A DNA stretch of 60,605 nt from a virus (lineage: Duplodnaviria; Caudoviricetes). Positions 17,773 through 28,000 of the stretch are shown here, in pieces. The DNA is taken from positions 1 to 60,605 of IMG/VR virus record IMGVR_UViG_3300036770_004227. One strand, 5' to 3'. The notes beneath the pieces are model-generated. The model saw only the letters and a list, made by a program, of their open reading frames with translations, ran no database searches and was not told where the DNA came from. The stretch's first letter is position 1. Every line of letters begins with the position of its first letter. Position numbers and translations under genes: made by a program.

Positions 17773-19053
17773 ATGGCAACAACAAATTCATCAAAAAAGA
17801 AGACAGGTGGTAAACTTACGGAGACGGTAAATGCCGCTGCCGATGCGGCGGCACGTGAAAAGTTGATTACTGCCAGAATTTCTTTACTACTGAAGTCTCC
17901 ATTTTTCGGAAATCTTGCAACTAGGCTTAAACTAGTAAACGCAGATGAGTGGCTGCCTACCGCTGCCACGGATGGACGTAGTTTTTACTACAACTCCGAG
18001 TTCGTGAATAATCTTTCACCCGGAGAACTGCGTTTTCTATTTGGTCACGAAGTACTACACAATGTGTATGATCACATTGGACGAACAGGCGAACATCGTG
18101 ATAGGATGTTGTTTAATTGTGCTGCCGATTATTGTGTAAATGCTGACCTTATCAATCAGAACATCGGCACAAAAATTAATCCTTGCCTGTACGATAAGAA
18201 GTATGATGGCTGGAGTGCTGAAGAAGTTTATGACGATCTTTATCAAAATGCCAAAAAAATCGATATTCAATCGCTAATCGATCAGATGCTTGACGAGCAT
18301 CTGGAAAGTGATGAAACAAACTCAGATGGTGAAGGCTCTGGCTCCAAATCCGAGAGTGAAAAGTCGGCCAAGAGAAAAATGTCCGAGGAAGAACGCTCTC
18401 AGTTGCGTGACGAAATTCGACAGGCTGTTATGCAGGCTGCGCAGAATTCAAGCGCAGGAGACATTCCAGCAGGTGTCAAGCGTCTGATCAAAGATCTAAC
18501 TAAGCCCGTAGTCAACTGGAAAGAACTGCTACAGCAACAAATTCAATCTACAGTTAAAGATGATTTTAGTTGGCTAAAGCCAAATCGTCGTGGATGGCAC
18601 ATGGACGCAATTATGCCTGGGATGAAGCCAGGTACTCAAATTGATATCTGTGTAGCTATTGATACGTCTGGCAGTATTGGTGAAAGTGATATCAAGGCCT
18701 TCCTAAGTGAAATCAAAGGGATCATGGAATCCTACGATGAATATCGTATTCAAGTTTGGAGTTTTGATACCAGTATCTATAATCATGCCACATTCACTAG
18801 TGAGAATGGTGAAGACATTTCTGAATACACCCCGATGGGTGGCGGCGGCACTGACTTCATGTCCAATTGGAAATACATGAAAGAAAACAATATTGAGCCA
18901 AAGAAGTTCATTATGTTCACTGATGGCTACCCGTATTCATCATGGGGCGATCCTGATTACTGTGATACCGTATTCGTTATCAAGGGAAATGAAAATGCAG
19001 AGCCACCATTTGGTGTCTGGGCGATCTATGAACAGGCAGCGGCACTAGCATAA
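17773..19053 (+). CDS. HExxH metallopeptidase-like plus VWA domain protein (DUF2201-like), partner of the AAA+ ATPase
   Basis: TAATDG, HEVLH, MIDAS DTSGS, GGGGTDF, FTDGY. Confidence 0.88.
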   Translation: MATTNSSKKKTGGKLTETVNAAADAAAREKLITARISLLLKSPFFGNLATRLKLVNADEWLPTAATDGRSFYYNSEFVNNLSPGELRFLFGHEVLHNVYDHIGRTGEHRDRMLFNCAADYCVNADLINQNIGTKINPCLYDKKYDGWSAEEVYDDLYQNAKKIDIQSLIDQMLDEHLESDETNSDGEGSGSKSESEKSAKRKMSEEERSQLRDEIRQAVMQAAQNSSAGDIPAGVKRLIKDLTKPVVNWKELLQQQIQSTVKDDFSWLKPNRRGWHMDAIMPGMKPGTQIDICVAIDTSGSIGESDIKAFLSEIKGIMESYDEYRIQVWSFDTSIYNHATFTSENGEDISEYTPMGGGGTDFMSNWKYMKENNIEPKKFIMFTDGYPYSSWGDPDYCDTVFVIKGNENAEPPFGVWAIYEQAAALA

Positions 19054-19057
19054 AGCC

Positions 19058-19336
19058 ATGTTAAAATACGGAATTATTAATCCGCTGAATGTTCATGGTT
19101 TGCGTCAAGTAAAATTTTGTCCTCCACACTTTACAAAGTTTTACTTTGACGCTAAAACTACTGATGATCGTTACATCATATGCTGGATTCTAGAAAATCT
19201 AGAAAGTAGATTTTTCATCGAGTCGTTAGCATCTGATTCACACATTAGAAAATGTGTGGCTTTTGAAGATTCATCTGAAGCAGCATTATTTGCTCTTCAG
19301 TTGGACAAAATTAACGTTCAAGAGAATTTTTTTTAA
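19058..19336 (+). CDS. Hypothetical protein
   Basis: 92 aa; INPLNV.G.R....CPPHF motif. Confidence 0.65.
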   Translation: MLKYGIINPLNVHGLRQVKFCPPHFTKFYFDAKTTDDRYIICWILENLESRFFIESLASDSHIRKCVAFEDSSEAALFALQLDKINVQENFF

Positions 19337-19374
19337 TGACTTCTCTTTTACGTAAATAAGTAAAAGGAGAAAAA

Positions 19375-19569
19375 ATGCCAGACACCGAAGAAAGTAATCA
19401 AATACAACTTCCAGCGGCAGAAATAGTAAATCTACTTAGTGCTATTCAACTAGCAAGCACTAGGGGAGCATTTAGGCCAGAAGAATTTGTAGGCATAGGT
19501 ACTGCATATGAAAGAGTATTTTCATTTCTGGCAGACATGGGCGTATTAAAAAACAATAACGCTCAATAA
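19375..19569 (+). CDS. Hypothetical protein
   Basis: AAGGAG SD, TAAATA at 19353-19358; A..RGAFR.EE...IG..Y motif. Confidence 0.7.
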   Translation: MPDTEESNQIQLPAAEIVNLLSAIQLASTRGAFRPEEFVGIGTAYERVFSFLADMGVLKNNNAQ

Positions 19570-19589
19570 CAATTTTAAGGAAAACTCTA

Positions 19590-20267
19590 ATGATAAAACA
19601 TGTGGGAAAACACAATAACAAACGTGTAGTAGTTCTATTCAAAACGGTACCTGGCGAAGATCATATGTGTCTTGTACTATATCCAGAAGTTTTACCAAAG
19701 CATATTCATGACGACGTGATGAAGGCATTGGAAAGCGAAGCCGGACAGCAAGCCAAGGAATTTAGTGATTATCTGTTCAGATATACACTAAGCGATGGCA
19801 ACAATGCACTAGAAACATTGCACAAAGAAGGAATGATTAAGAAAGTTCCTACTAATCAAGTGATCATCACTCCAAACGCAAAAAGCACTGTTAGATTGGA
19901 TGAACTAAATGGTATTCTACTGAAATTAGATCAAGGCGAAGAAGCAATTAAAGAACTAGCAGAGTTGGATGCTGCTGCTGGGTTGAGTGGCAAAAGACGG
20001 ATTAGAGAACGTGATTTAGGCGAAGTTCGTGCTCCTAAAGAAAGCAGAAGTCAACCAGCAGAAGTCAATACATCGGTAAATATGTCGGATGTACTATCTG
20101 ACGAGGATTTGGCAAAACAACGCTTGGTTCAAGCCAAACGTATGCAGGATGAAGCAAAGGCATTACTGGCTGAAGCACAAAGATTAGAAAAAGAAGCCAA
20201 CGAACTAGGCGGAGTAGTTAAAGAAAATGCCATCAAATCCAAGAAAAGCAAAGTCAAAGAAACTTAA
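19590..20267 (+). CDS. Hypothetical phage protein with C-terminal coiled coil
   Basis: 225 aa, AAGGA SD; MIKHVGKH start. Confidence 0.75.
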   Translation: MIKHVGKHNNKRVVVLFKTVPGEDHMCLVLYPEVLPKHIHDDVMKALESEAGQQAKEFSDYLFRYTLSDGNNALETLHKEGMIKKVPTNQVIITPNAKSTVRLDELNGILLKLDQGEEAIKELAELDAAAGLSGKRRIRERDLGEVRAPKESRSQPAEVNTSVNMSDVLSDEDLAKQRLVQAKRMQDEAKALLAEAQRLEKEANELGGVVKENAIKSKKSKVKET

Positions 20268-20559
20268 TATTAGTTCTAAGAAAAGGTGGCAGGAAATTCT
20301 AAAAGACGTAGAGAAGCAAGAAGTTCCTATACATGTACTTGATCGTCTGGTAATAAATCTGACTGACGGAACTTCCATAGTAATTGAAATCAAAAACTTG
20401 ATTGAAGACGGTATAGACCCAGAAGTAATAGAAGATCAAATTTCAGAACATCTTGAAAATCTTTCGGAAAATGTCTACAATGTAGACTTTTTCGTTGATG
20501 TAAAATTAGTAGAAAAAACTGTTCAACCAGAAACTGACAAACTCTTATCAAAACTATGA
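20227..20559 (+). CDS. Hypothetical protein
   Basis: 110-aa ORF coupled to DHFR by an ATGA overlap. Confidence 0.65.
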   Translation: MPSNPRKAKSKKLNISSKKRWQEILKDVEKQEVPIHVLDRLVINLTDGTSIVIEIKNLIEDGIDPEVIEDQISEHLENLSENVYNVDFFVDVKLVEKTVQPETDKLLSKL

Positions 20560-21062
20560 TTAAATCGATTTTTGCAGTAGATTACTGGGGTAATCTAGGC
20601 TACAAAGGATCATTGCCATGGCCTCATCTAAAAGAAGACATGAAGTATTTCAAAGAACTAACAACAGGTCACGTAGTTGTTATGGGCCGAAAAACATGGG
20701 ATGATCCAAAATTTCCTAAACCACTTCCAGATAGAATTAACTATGTAATAACAAGTAAGCCACTACATGGCTACGATACAGTGAGAACAATCAGTGGCGA
20801 TATCAACGCCGAGATAAAGAAATTAGAACAAATTCATCCATCAAAAATCATATGGATTATAGGCGGTGCTAAAATCATAGAGGACACTAAAGATTTAGTT
20901 GATGAGGCACATATTACACATATCAAAGGACAATATCGTGCGGATACCAGAGTTGATTTAAAAACTTATCTGCGATGGTTTAGGGCAACCAGTGCATGTC
21001 CATCAACTGATGGAAGATGTAATTGGACTAGTTACAAGAACATTGATATTTTTAGAAAATAA
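20556..21062 (+). CDS. frd: Dihydrofolate reductase
   Basis: LPWPHLKEDM..FK..T....VVMGRKTW, PLPDR.N.V, IIGGA motifs. Confidence 0.93.
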   Translation: MIKSIFAVDYWGNLGYKGSLPWPHLKEDMKYFKELTTGHVVVMGRKTWDDPKFPKPLPDRINYVITSKPLHGYDTVRTISGDINAEIKKLEQIHPSKIIWIIGGAKIIEDTKDLVDEAHITHIKGQYRADTRVDLKTYLRWFRATSACPSTDGRCNWTSYKNIDIFRK

Positions 21063-21063
21063 C

Positions 21064-21987
21064 ATGAAGCAATATCACGACGCACTTGAATATGTACTAA
21101 AAAATGGTACTACCGCAGTAGATCGTACAGGTGTAGGTACCATAAGAACATTTGGGCAACAATTAACTTTTGATTTATCAGAAGGATTCCCAGCAGTAAC
21201 TACTAAAAAGTTAGCATGGAAATCAGTAGTCAGTGAACTTCTATGGTTTATCGAAGGCAGTGATGATGATAAGCGATTGAAAGAAATCCTACACGGCGAT
21301 CGTAATAGTACAAAAAATACCATATGGACTGCCAATGCTAATGCCCCGTACTGGAAAAGTAAAAGTAAGTTTGAGGGCGATCTTGGTAGAATTTATGGTG
21401 TACAGTGGAGACACTGGCGAAAGTATATCCCAAGAGATTTAGACATATATAAAGACGAGTTTGGTAATGTGTATCATCGTACTAGTACCACTCAAGTGGT
21501 GGAAATAGATCAACTGAAACAACTTGTTTTCAATCTACAAAACGATCCATTCAGTAGACGACATATCCTAACTGCATGGAATGTAGGTGAACTAGACCAG
21601 ATGGCATTACCTCCATGTCATTGTTTTGCTCAATTTTTCGTAGAGCAAGACGGCGACGATTACAAACTGAGTTGTCAGATGTATCAACGTAGTTGTGATC
21701 TATTTCTAGGTGTTCCATTCAATATTGCCAGTTATAGTCTTCTCACGCATATGATTGCTCAAGTATGTGATATGAAAGTTGGCAAATTTATTCACATACT
21801 AGGCGATTCTCACATTTATCTTAATCACGTTGATCAAGTAAAAGAACAACTATCAAGAGAACACTATAACTTGCCAACATTAAAATTAAATCCTGATATC
21901 AAAGATATTGATAAATTCAAGATGTCAGATATAGAACTCGTAAATTATGTGAGTCACCCATCTATATCCGCGGCAATGGCTGTTTAA
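21064..21987 (+). CDS. thyA: Thymidylate synthase (ThyA, dUMP-specific)
   Basis: DRTGVGT, ELLWF, YGVQWR, ALPPCH, QRSCD.FLGVPFN, HIYLNH; Asn in the PFN specificity position; start at ATG 21064. Confidence 0.96.
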   Translation: MKQYHDALEYVLKNGTTAVDRTGVGTIRTFGQQLTFDLSEGFPAVTTKKLAWKSVVSELLWFIEGSDDDKRLKEILHGDRNSTKNTIWTANANAPYWKSKSKFEGDLGRIYGVQWRHWRKYIPRDLDIYKDEFGNVYHRTSTTQVVEIDQLKQLVFNLQNDPFSRRHILTAWNVGELDQMALPPCHCFAQFFVEQDGDDYKLSCQMYQRSCDLFLGVPFNIASYSLLTHMIAQVCDMKVGKFIHILGDSHIYLNHVDQVKEQLSREHYNLPTLKLNPDIKDIDKFKMSDIELVNYVSHPSISAAMAV

Positions 21988-22478
21988 ACTTTAGTGACTT
22001 TGATATTACAGCGATTTAAGAAGTTTACACCATCAACAGTTCTATACTCTGATTTGTAGAAAACTTCTTTAATACCTGCACCAAAGATACTTTTAGCACA
22101 CTCTAAACATGGCGCATGTGTTATGAACATATATGCGCCATTTCCACCATCTGTACCTTTTGCTAATTTGTCTAATGCATTACGTTCAGCATGCATTACT
22201 TCTGGCTTAGTCTTTAATTGATATCTGCCATTTTCGTCAGTGAATGGGAATTGCTTTTCAAATTCATCTGGATGTTGTTCAAAATCTCCAAGTAATGCAT
22301 CTGGATATACCTTATCCTCACAGAGATTGTCCCAACCGGCGGGTGTGCCGTTATATCCAATAGAAATTATTCTACTGTCTTTAACAACGATAGCCCCAAC
22401 TTTTAATTTTTTAGCAGTGCTTAATTCCGCAAAAATGCCTGCGGTTTTCATGTAAGCATCAATAAACTTTTCTTTCAT
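21984..22478 (-). CDS. cd: dCMP deaminase
   Basis: VGA.VV...RIIS.GYNG, HAE.NA, PCLEC zinc motifs. Confidence 0.93.
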   Translation of the reverse strand: MKEKFIDAYMKTAGIFAELSTAKKLKVGAIVVKDSRIISIGYNGTPAGWDNLCEDKVYPDALLGDFEQHPDEFEKQFPFTDENGRYQLKTKPEVMHAERNALDKLAKGTDGGNGAYMFITHAPCLECAKSIFGAGIKEVFYKSEYRTVDGVNFLNRCNIKVTKV

Positions 22479-22534
22479 ATGTTAGTATCCATCAAAATTG
22501 CGTGGATACTAACATACATACTCAAAAATGTCAA
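22478..22534 (-). promoter_or_regulatory. Sigma70 promoter embedded in a 14-bp inverted repeat upstream of dCMP deaminase
   Basis: Minus-strand TTGACA (22534-22529)-17 bp-TAGTAT (22511-22506); inverted repeat TATGTTAGTATCCA (22478-22491) / TGGATACTAACATA (22503-22516). Confidence 0.7.
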
Positions 22535-24264
22535 CTGTTAATTATAACTAATGCCTTAACTTGACCTATATCTGGTGTTTCTTTATCTTCTAAGGCTCTG
22601 CCTATCACGGTGAATGGTTTAATCTCATCAATGTTTGCTGATCTTGCCATTCCATTGCCAGCACTAACTAAGCGATCATGTTTCTTGATCTTGCCAACAA
22701 CTTTAACGGGAACCCTACCGCTGATGGCAACTGCTGGATGTGTTGCATTTGACCCTGCACCAGCGTTCATTAAATACGCGGCTGAATCTGATATTACTCC
22801 AAAAACATCAGTGCTTAACTCATCTCTTACTGCGGTTATTTCTTTATCTCCACCGAACTGTACTACCGTACCAGCATCGTACATTTGATCGGCTTCAAAT
22901 CTTTCCGCCAAGTCGGCGTATGTCGCTTGAAGTTTTGAACCAGCAGTTAACGTCCAATTTCCAGTAATTGATCCTACTGTACTAGAACTTCCAGTAGTTA
23001 TTACAACTCCTGTTAAATTTCCTGTGACGTTACCGATGACATTACCGTTTATGTTACCGTAAAATCCTTGTGTTGCTATTACATTACCCGATGTCCATAC
23101 ATTACCGCCTAGACCCATGCCACCACTTACTACAATGTCGCCAGTTGCAGCACTGGTTGCTTGTACACCACCGGTAGCACGTATTTGTCTGGATATACTT
23201 ATGTTGCCAGCAGTGATGTTGGAGGTAGTAATAACATTTCCAGAATAAACGTTTGCAGTAGTAAACACGTTACCAGATAAACCAATACCACCGACTACTC
23301 TTATTGCTCCAGTAGTCGTACTGGTGGCAGCATCTCCTTGTGACGTACTGATAAATCCTGTTGTCTGAAATGCTCCAGATGTTTGTAAATTTGCTATAAT
23401 GGTACTACCATAATTACCATCTATGGTAACGGCAGTAGTTAATGACCCAGCAACGTTTGCTATTATCGCAATATTAGCATTGTTAACATTGTTAACCAAT
23501 CTGGTCAATGATCCACTGTGGCCTACTGTGAAATTGTTACTTGTTCCAACAGTTAAGCCAGCAGCACTTGCAACATTTACTGTGTTGTTAAAAGTGGTTC
23601 CAGTATCTGTTCTAGCATAACTAGCCGCAGCGACTGATCCTAATGCATCAGCATTAGTAGCAGATCCAACAAATTTATTGTTACTGATCGCAGTTGATAG
23701 ATTAAATCCTGGTTTGACATTAGCAAAGCCAGAAATCACAGACTGAGGAGTATACTCTGTATCTTTACTTATTATACCAACTAGTGTGTTTTCTACATAC
23801 ACATTAACTGCCACATGACTTGCGGCTAAATTATCTATAATCGTGCCAACAATTGTTCCACTCTGACCTGTACTACTAGTAAATGCTGGCCCAACTAAAA
23901 CCCAACTAGATCCATTATATACATTTAATTGTTGATTGAATGTATCCCACCATGAACTGCCAGTTACGGATGATGTAGGGGCAGATGAACTAGACGTCAT
24001 TGTACTTAAAGTTTGCCATATGGAACCGGTATAAACCTTTAAGTTACCTGCACTGTCCCACCACAATTGACCAGTGAGAGGAGTAGTGGGCGCACTACTA
24101 TCTGCGAAATTTTCGATTGTATGAATGAAATTTTCATTCAAGAAGTCGCCGTAGCCAGCGTAATTTTTTCCTATCAACGTTAAACTAGATGCAGTACTGT
24201 TTACTGTACCGTCAGCCACCGTTGTCAGAATTGTGCCATTTGTTAAATTTATTGTATAAGCCAT
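22531..24264 (-). CDS. Tail fibre / baseplate-attached spike protein with C-terminal chaperone-like domain
   Basis: N-terminal LIGKNYAGYG..LNENF..P..GQLWWD attachment module; Gly/Thr/Asn-rich repeats; YADLAE...GRVPVKV C-terminal domain; TAAATA at 24285-24290. Confidence 0.75.
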   Translation of the reverse strand: MAYTINLTNGTILTTVADGTVNSTASSLTLIGKNYAGYGDFLNENFIHTIENFADSSAPTTPLTGQLWWDSAGNLKVYTGSIWQTLSTMTSSSSAPTSSVTGSSWWDTFNQQLNVYNGSSWVLVGPAFTSSTGQSGTIVGTIIDNLAASHVAVNVYVENTLVGIISKDTEYTPQSVISGFANVKPGFNLSTAISNNKFVGSATNADALGSVAAASYARTDTGTTFNNTVNVASAAGLTVGTSNNFTVGHSGSLTRLVNNVNNANIAIIANVAGSLTTAVTIDGNYGSTIIANLQTSGAFQTTGFISTSQGDAATSTTTGAIRVVGGIGLSGNVFTTANVYSGNVITTSNITAGNISISRQIRATGGVQATSAATGDIVVSGGMGLGGNVWTSGNVIATQGFYGNINGNVIGNVTGNLTGVVITTGSSSTVGSITGNWTLTAGSKLQATYADLAERFEADQMYDAGTVVQFGGDKEITAVRDELSTDVFGVISDSAAYLMNAGAGSNATHPAVAISGRVPVKVVGKIKKHDRLVSAGNGMARSANIDEIKPFTVIGRALEDKETPDIGQVKALVIINS

Positions 24265-24292
24265 TGTTAATTATCCGTTTTAACTATTTATC

Positions 24293-24886
24293 TTATAAGT
24301 TAGTACTAAGATTGGTAAGTGTTTGAATTCGTATGGTATAATCTATCTGAATCAAACGATTAAGTGATTTTTGAATTGGATGAAATATAACATGAGTTAA
24401 CAATCTACCAGTCTCACTAATTAATCCTAATTCATCAAATACGAAAGTACCTGACATCGTAGCACTATTATCAAATGCTTGTTGTCCAGATGGCTCAGTG
24501 TAATTGAGCAAACAACTTACATATATATCGGTATAAATTACACCAGGAGTATGTCTAACTTCTATGAAATTCTTAGAAGGATCAGTATTTAATGCACTGG
24601 TATTATCTACGATTTTACTATATGTTTGATTATACAAACTAGCATTCTGCCCGAAAGTATTTGTAGGTAAATATGTGATAACACCAGTACTATCGACCGC
24701 TGTTGCACCATTACCAAAAGCCATACGTTCTATGTAACCAGATCCTTTATTTGATATACTCTGAGCCAATGCTTCACTCATATTTTCATAGTGAATTGCA
24801 TTATATTTATCAAGTAACACCTGACCATTTTCTGGGTCATAGATTTTAACATGTCCCTTAATAAAAGTATTATTTTTATCTATCAT
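24293..24886 (-). CDS. Baseplate/tail-associated structural protein
   Basis: 197 aa beta-rich; FDELGL...LLTHVIFHP.QKSLNR motif; located in the baseplate block. Confidence 0.65.
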   Translation of the reverse strand: MIDKNNTFIKGHVKIYDPENGQVLLDKYNAIHYENMSEALAQSISNKGSGYIERMAFGNGATAVDSTGVITYLPTNTFGQNASLYNQTYSKIVDNTSALNTDPSKNFIEVRHTPGVIYTDIYVSCLLNYTEPSGQQAFDNSATMSGTFVFDELGLISETGRLLTHVIFHPIQKSLNRLIQIDYTIRIQTLTNLSTNL

Positions 24887-24896
24887 ATATTACCTA

Positions 24897-25019
24897 TCAA
24901 TCAGCCGTATGTAACAGAACGTCACCACTTTCTGGATCAATTATCTTCACGAATCCTCTAATGTAGATTCCAGAAGACTCATTAACTAGAGGTTTATCGT
25001 TATTTAAGTTCTTATTCAT
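24897..25019 (-). CDS. 40-aa mini-protein paralogous to the N-terminus of the downstream gene
   Basis: Not in the ORF track; IRGFVKIIDPESGDVLL vs IKGHVKIYDPENGQVLL; late promoter TAAATA at 25043-25048. Confidence 0.6.
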   Translation of the reverse strand: MNKNLNNDKPLVNESSGIYIRGFVKIIDPESGDVLLHTAD

Positions 25020-25071
25020 TTGGCTTTGCTGACTATCTTTAGTATTTATCATGTTCATAAAATGCTCACTT

Positions 25072-28000
25072 TTATATGCCTTCCTTCAAGAATTGAACTT
25101 GTATGGTGTTAGCCATAAACAAACCTCTTCCGTCAGTTGCTGTACCTGTTCCAGTAGAATACCACAAATTACTACGCAAATATGAAGTATTAGAGTAGAA
25201 GGTATAAGAAACATTTGGCGAATATTCAAATGTTGAATTCGTTGCATTTATTCCTGGCGTAGATACGACAGATACGTTAGTATCAGAATTAATCGCACTT
25301 ACTACTCCGGTATATATGTTATCAATTAATATATTACCACCAATATATAGTTCAGAAGTGAATAGTGTATTAGTGCCTATAATATGATTACTACTTGTTG
25401 ATACATTTATCGTTCCAGTACCTATTGCATTATACCATTTGCTTATAATTATATTTGCGGAATATTCAAACTCAGCATCTAACGCATTTACAGCAGAATT
25501 TTGCTCTAATGTTACGTCAGTGTCTGTATTGATAACACTTACAACACCAACATATCTTCCATCACTAAGGAAAATATTACCACCGATTGTTAGTTCGGTT
25601 TCAAATGAAGTTCCTGTTCCTATGACCGTAGTACTGTTCATTGACACATTGATAGTTCCAGTTCCAACATTACCTGCATACCACTCTCTTACATCACTGT
25701 TAATAACTATTTGAGATTGGCTGCCATCAACTACAGTGTCTCCTATAGTGTGATTTTTTATACCTGTTCCACCAGTGCCTCTGCGCAGTTGTCCCAATAT
25801 GTTACTAGTGTTATTCTTATAGAAGTAAACTATTCGTTCACCATTGATATAAACCACACCAGGCTGAGCTCCGCTAGGCGCTGGCTCAGGCAACTTGGAT
25901 GCATCAGTTACATATATAACGGTATCATTATATGACACATTTGCATTTAGTGTAGTTGTTGCACTAGAATCCAATCTCAAGAATGTATAATTATCATTCA
26001 TGTCTTTGAATACTCTGTACGACATCAATGCGTATGGATCAGAAGATGATGGTGCATCTGTAGGAGTCATGACTGCTACTGCTACAATTGGCTCAATATT
26101 AGCACCAGTTACTATCACATTTGGAGTTGTTGTATAGCCTTCTCCAGCATTGACTATCGTCGCTGAAATTGCTGAACCATTTGTATTAAGTGTTATCTGT
26201 GCTTCGGCTTGAGTTGAAGGAGAACCTCCATCTATGAGTACAGAAATAGTATTACCAGAATAGCCAAGACCAGAAGAAACAAATACGATTTCACCTACTT
26301 TGAATGCCGAAGTATCGACCCAATCAGTGTACTCTGATCCATCTCCTCTTACCGCAAATGTTGATACCGTTATGTCTAATGTATCGTAGACTCTACCCGT
26401 TACTAATTCTTCTGGACCATGACTTGCGTATGGCCCAATATTGTAAATAGAAAGATTTGAAGTTGTAAATGTATTTCCAGAAGTGTATGGCACTACAGTG
26501 TACCATATACGATTGTTGTAGTATACTAAATCTCCTTTATTGTATACGGTGTTCGCTGTCCACTCACGATACGTATCGTATACATAAGGTCCGCCATCTA
26601 CAATGATATCTTCCGGCTTTATTCCTAATGTGTTATCACCGAACGAACTTGTAATCTTCGTGTCAAGTAAACTTTCACTTAACAAGAAAGTGCCATCAGA
26701 ATCTATTTCAGTAGGATCAAACACAGTTGCATCAAACCCGATACCGTCGAAGCCTGTACTTGCACCATAGTCTGCACCTTCTATTTTTACTCCAGGATAA
26801 TCAATACCTTTCTGTAGTAAGGAAAATTCCTTATCTGGCATTTGATCAGTAGGCTGATAATATGCCTGAATTCTGTCATTTGCGGTATTGAAATTGTTAA
26901 CAGAATACGGTGTCAAATTGTTTTCATTAAACACAGCATTAGACTTAAAATCGGTGTTAACTACATACGCTTTACCTTGTTGTGCTATAATTGTTCCTTG
27001 CACAAACGCGGTTTTCGGCTGCCATTCAACCACATTTGATCCGTATGTAATACGATCGTAAACTATAGAAGTTTTGAAACTTCTTATCAGTTTGTTAGAC
27101 AAGTTTACTTTTAATTGCAATCCCGTGCCGTTTCCACCGTTAATAGTTAAAACTGGATCAGTGATGTAATTTGTGCCACCATACAATAATATTGCTCTGG
27201 TTACTACACCGGCATTTACTAAAACTCTTATTATTGCGTCGTTACCAGTGGTGCTACCTGTAACTTTTATATCTGGTGCCACAGTATATCCAGATCCACC
27301 AGATAATATCTGCACGGATTCAATACTATAACTATAGTTGGTTAACCAATCTAAGTATTCAGGCCTAGTCAATGCATTTGCATCATTTAAGAATTCTCCA
27401 CTAGGACTACGTGAAAGTTTTAATACTTCATCGTAGTACGGTGGTACATCAAAGTCGGTAACATATCCAGTATAATTATCTACATAGTTATAACCTACTA
27501 TATAATCACGCAATGTTGTTTTATAAGGTTTAACCTCCTGTATGTACTGTAAGTAAAAATCTTGATTTTCTTTATAGTAAATTTGAGGCTTAATTGTTCC
27601 ACTGAATTTCTGCAAAACATCAATGAAACTTGTCTTGAACAACCAATCGACACTCTTTTGTTCGCTAAGGACGTAATTAACAAATACAAAGAATAATTTT
27701 AAGAATTCTCCATCAAGATCATTTACGAATATGTCATTCTTTAATGAATTAATTATCTGTCTGATTTCTATACTTGGATTCTGATCGTAACGTAAACTAT
27801 CAAAGTTATCATTATCGAATCCCATACCATATGCTGGCAAATCATAAAGATTATCTCTGAACTCTATCGTGCCGTCCTGGATTGCTATGGTATTCACTGT
27901 GTTTGAAAACACTTGAATAATGTACCATTTGCCTTGACCATTATTAAGTATTTTAACAGTATCACCATTTCTTAAACGAAGATTAGTTATTTGACTATTA

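Noticed and set aside
21064-21987. dCMP hydroxymethylase, or intron-split td as in T4
   Set aside because: The PFN asparagine indicates dUMP specificity, a DHFR gene is adjacent, and the ORF is continuous.
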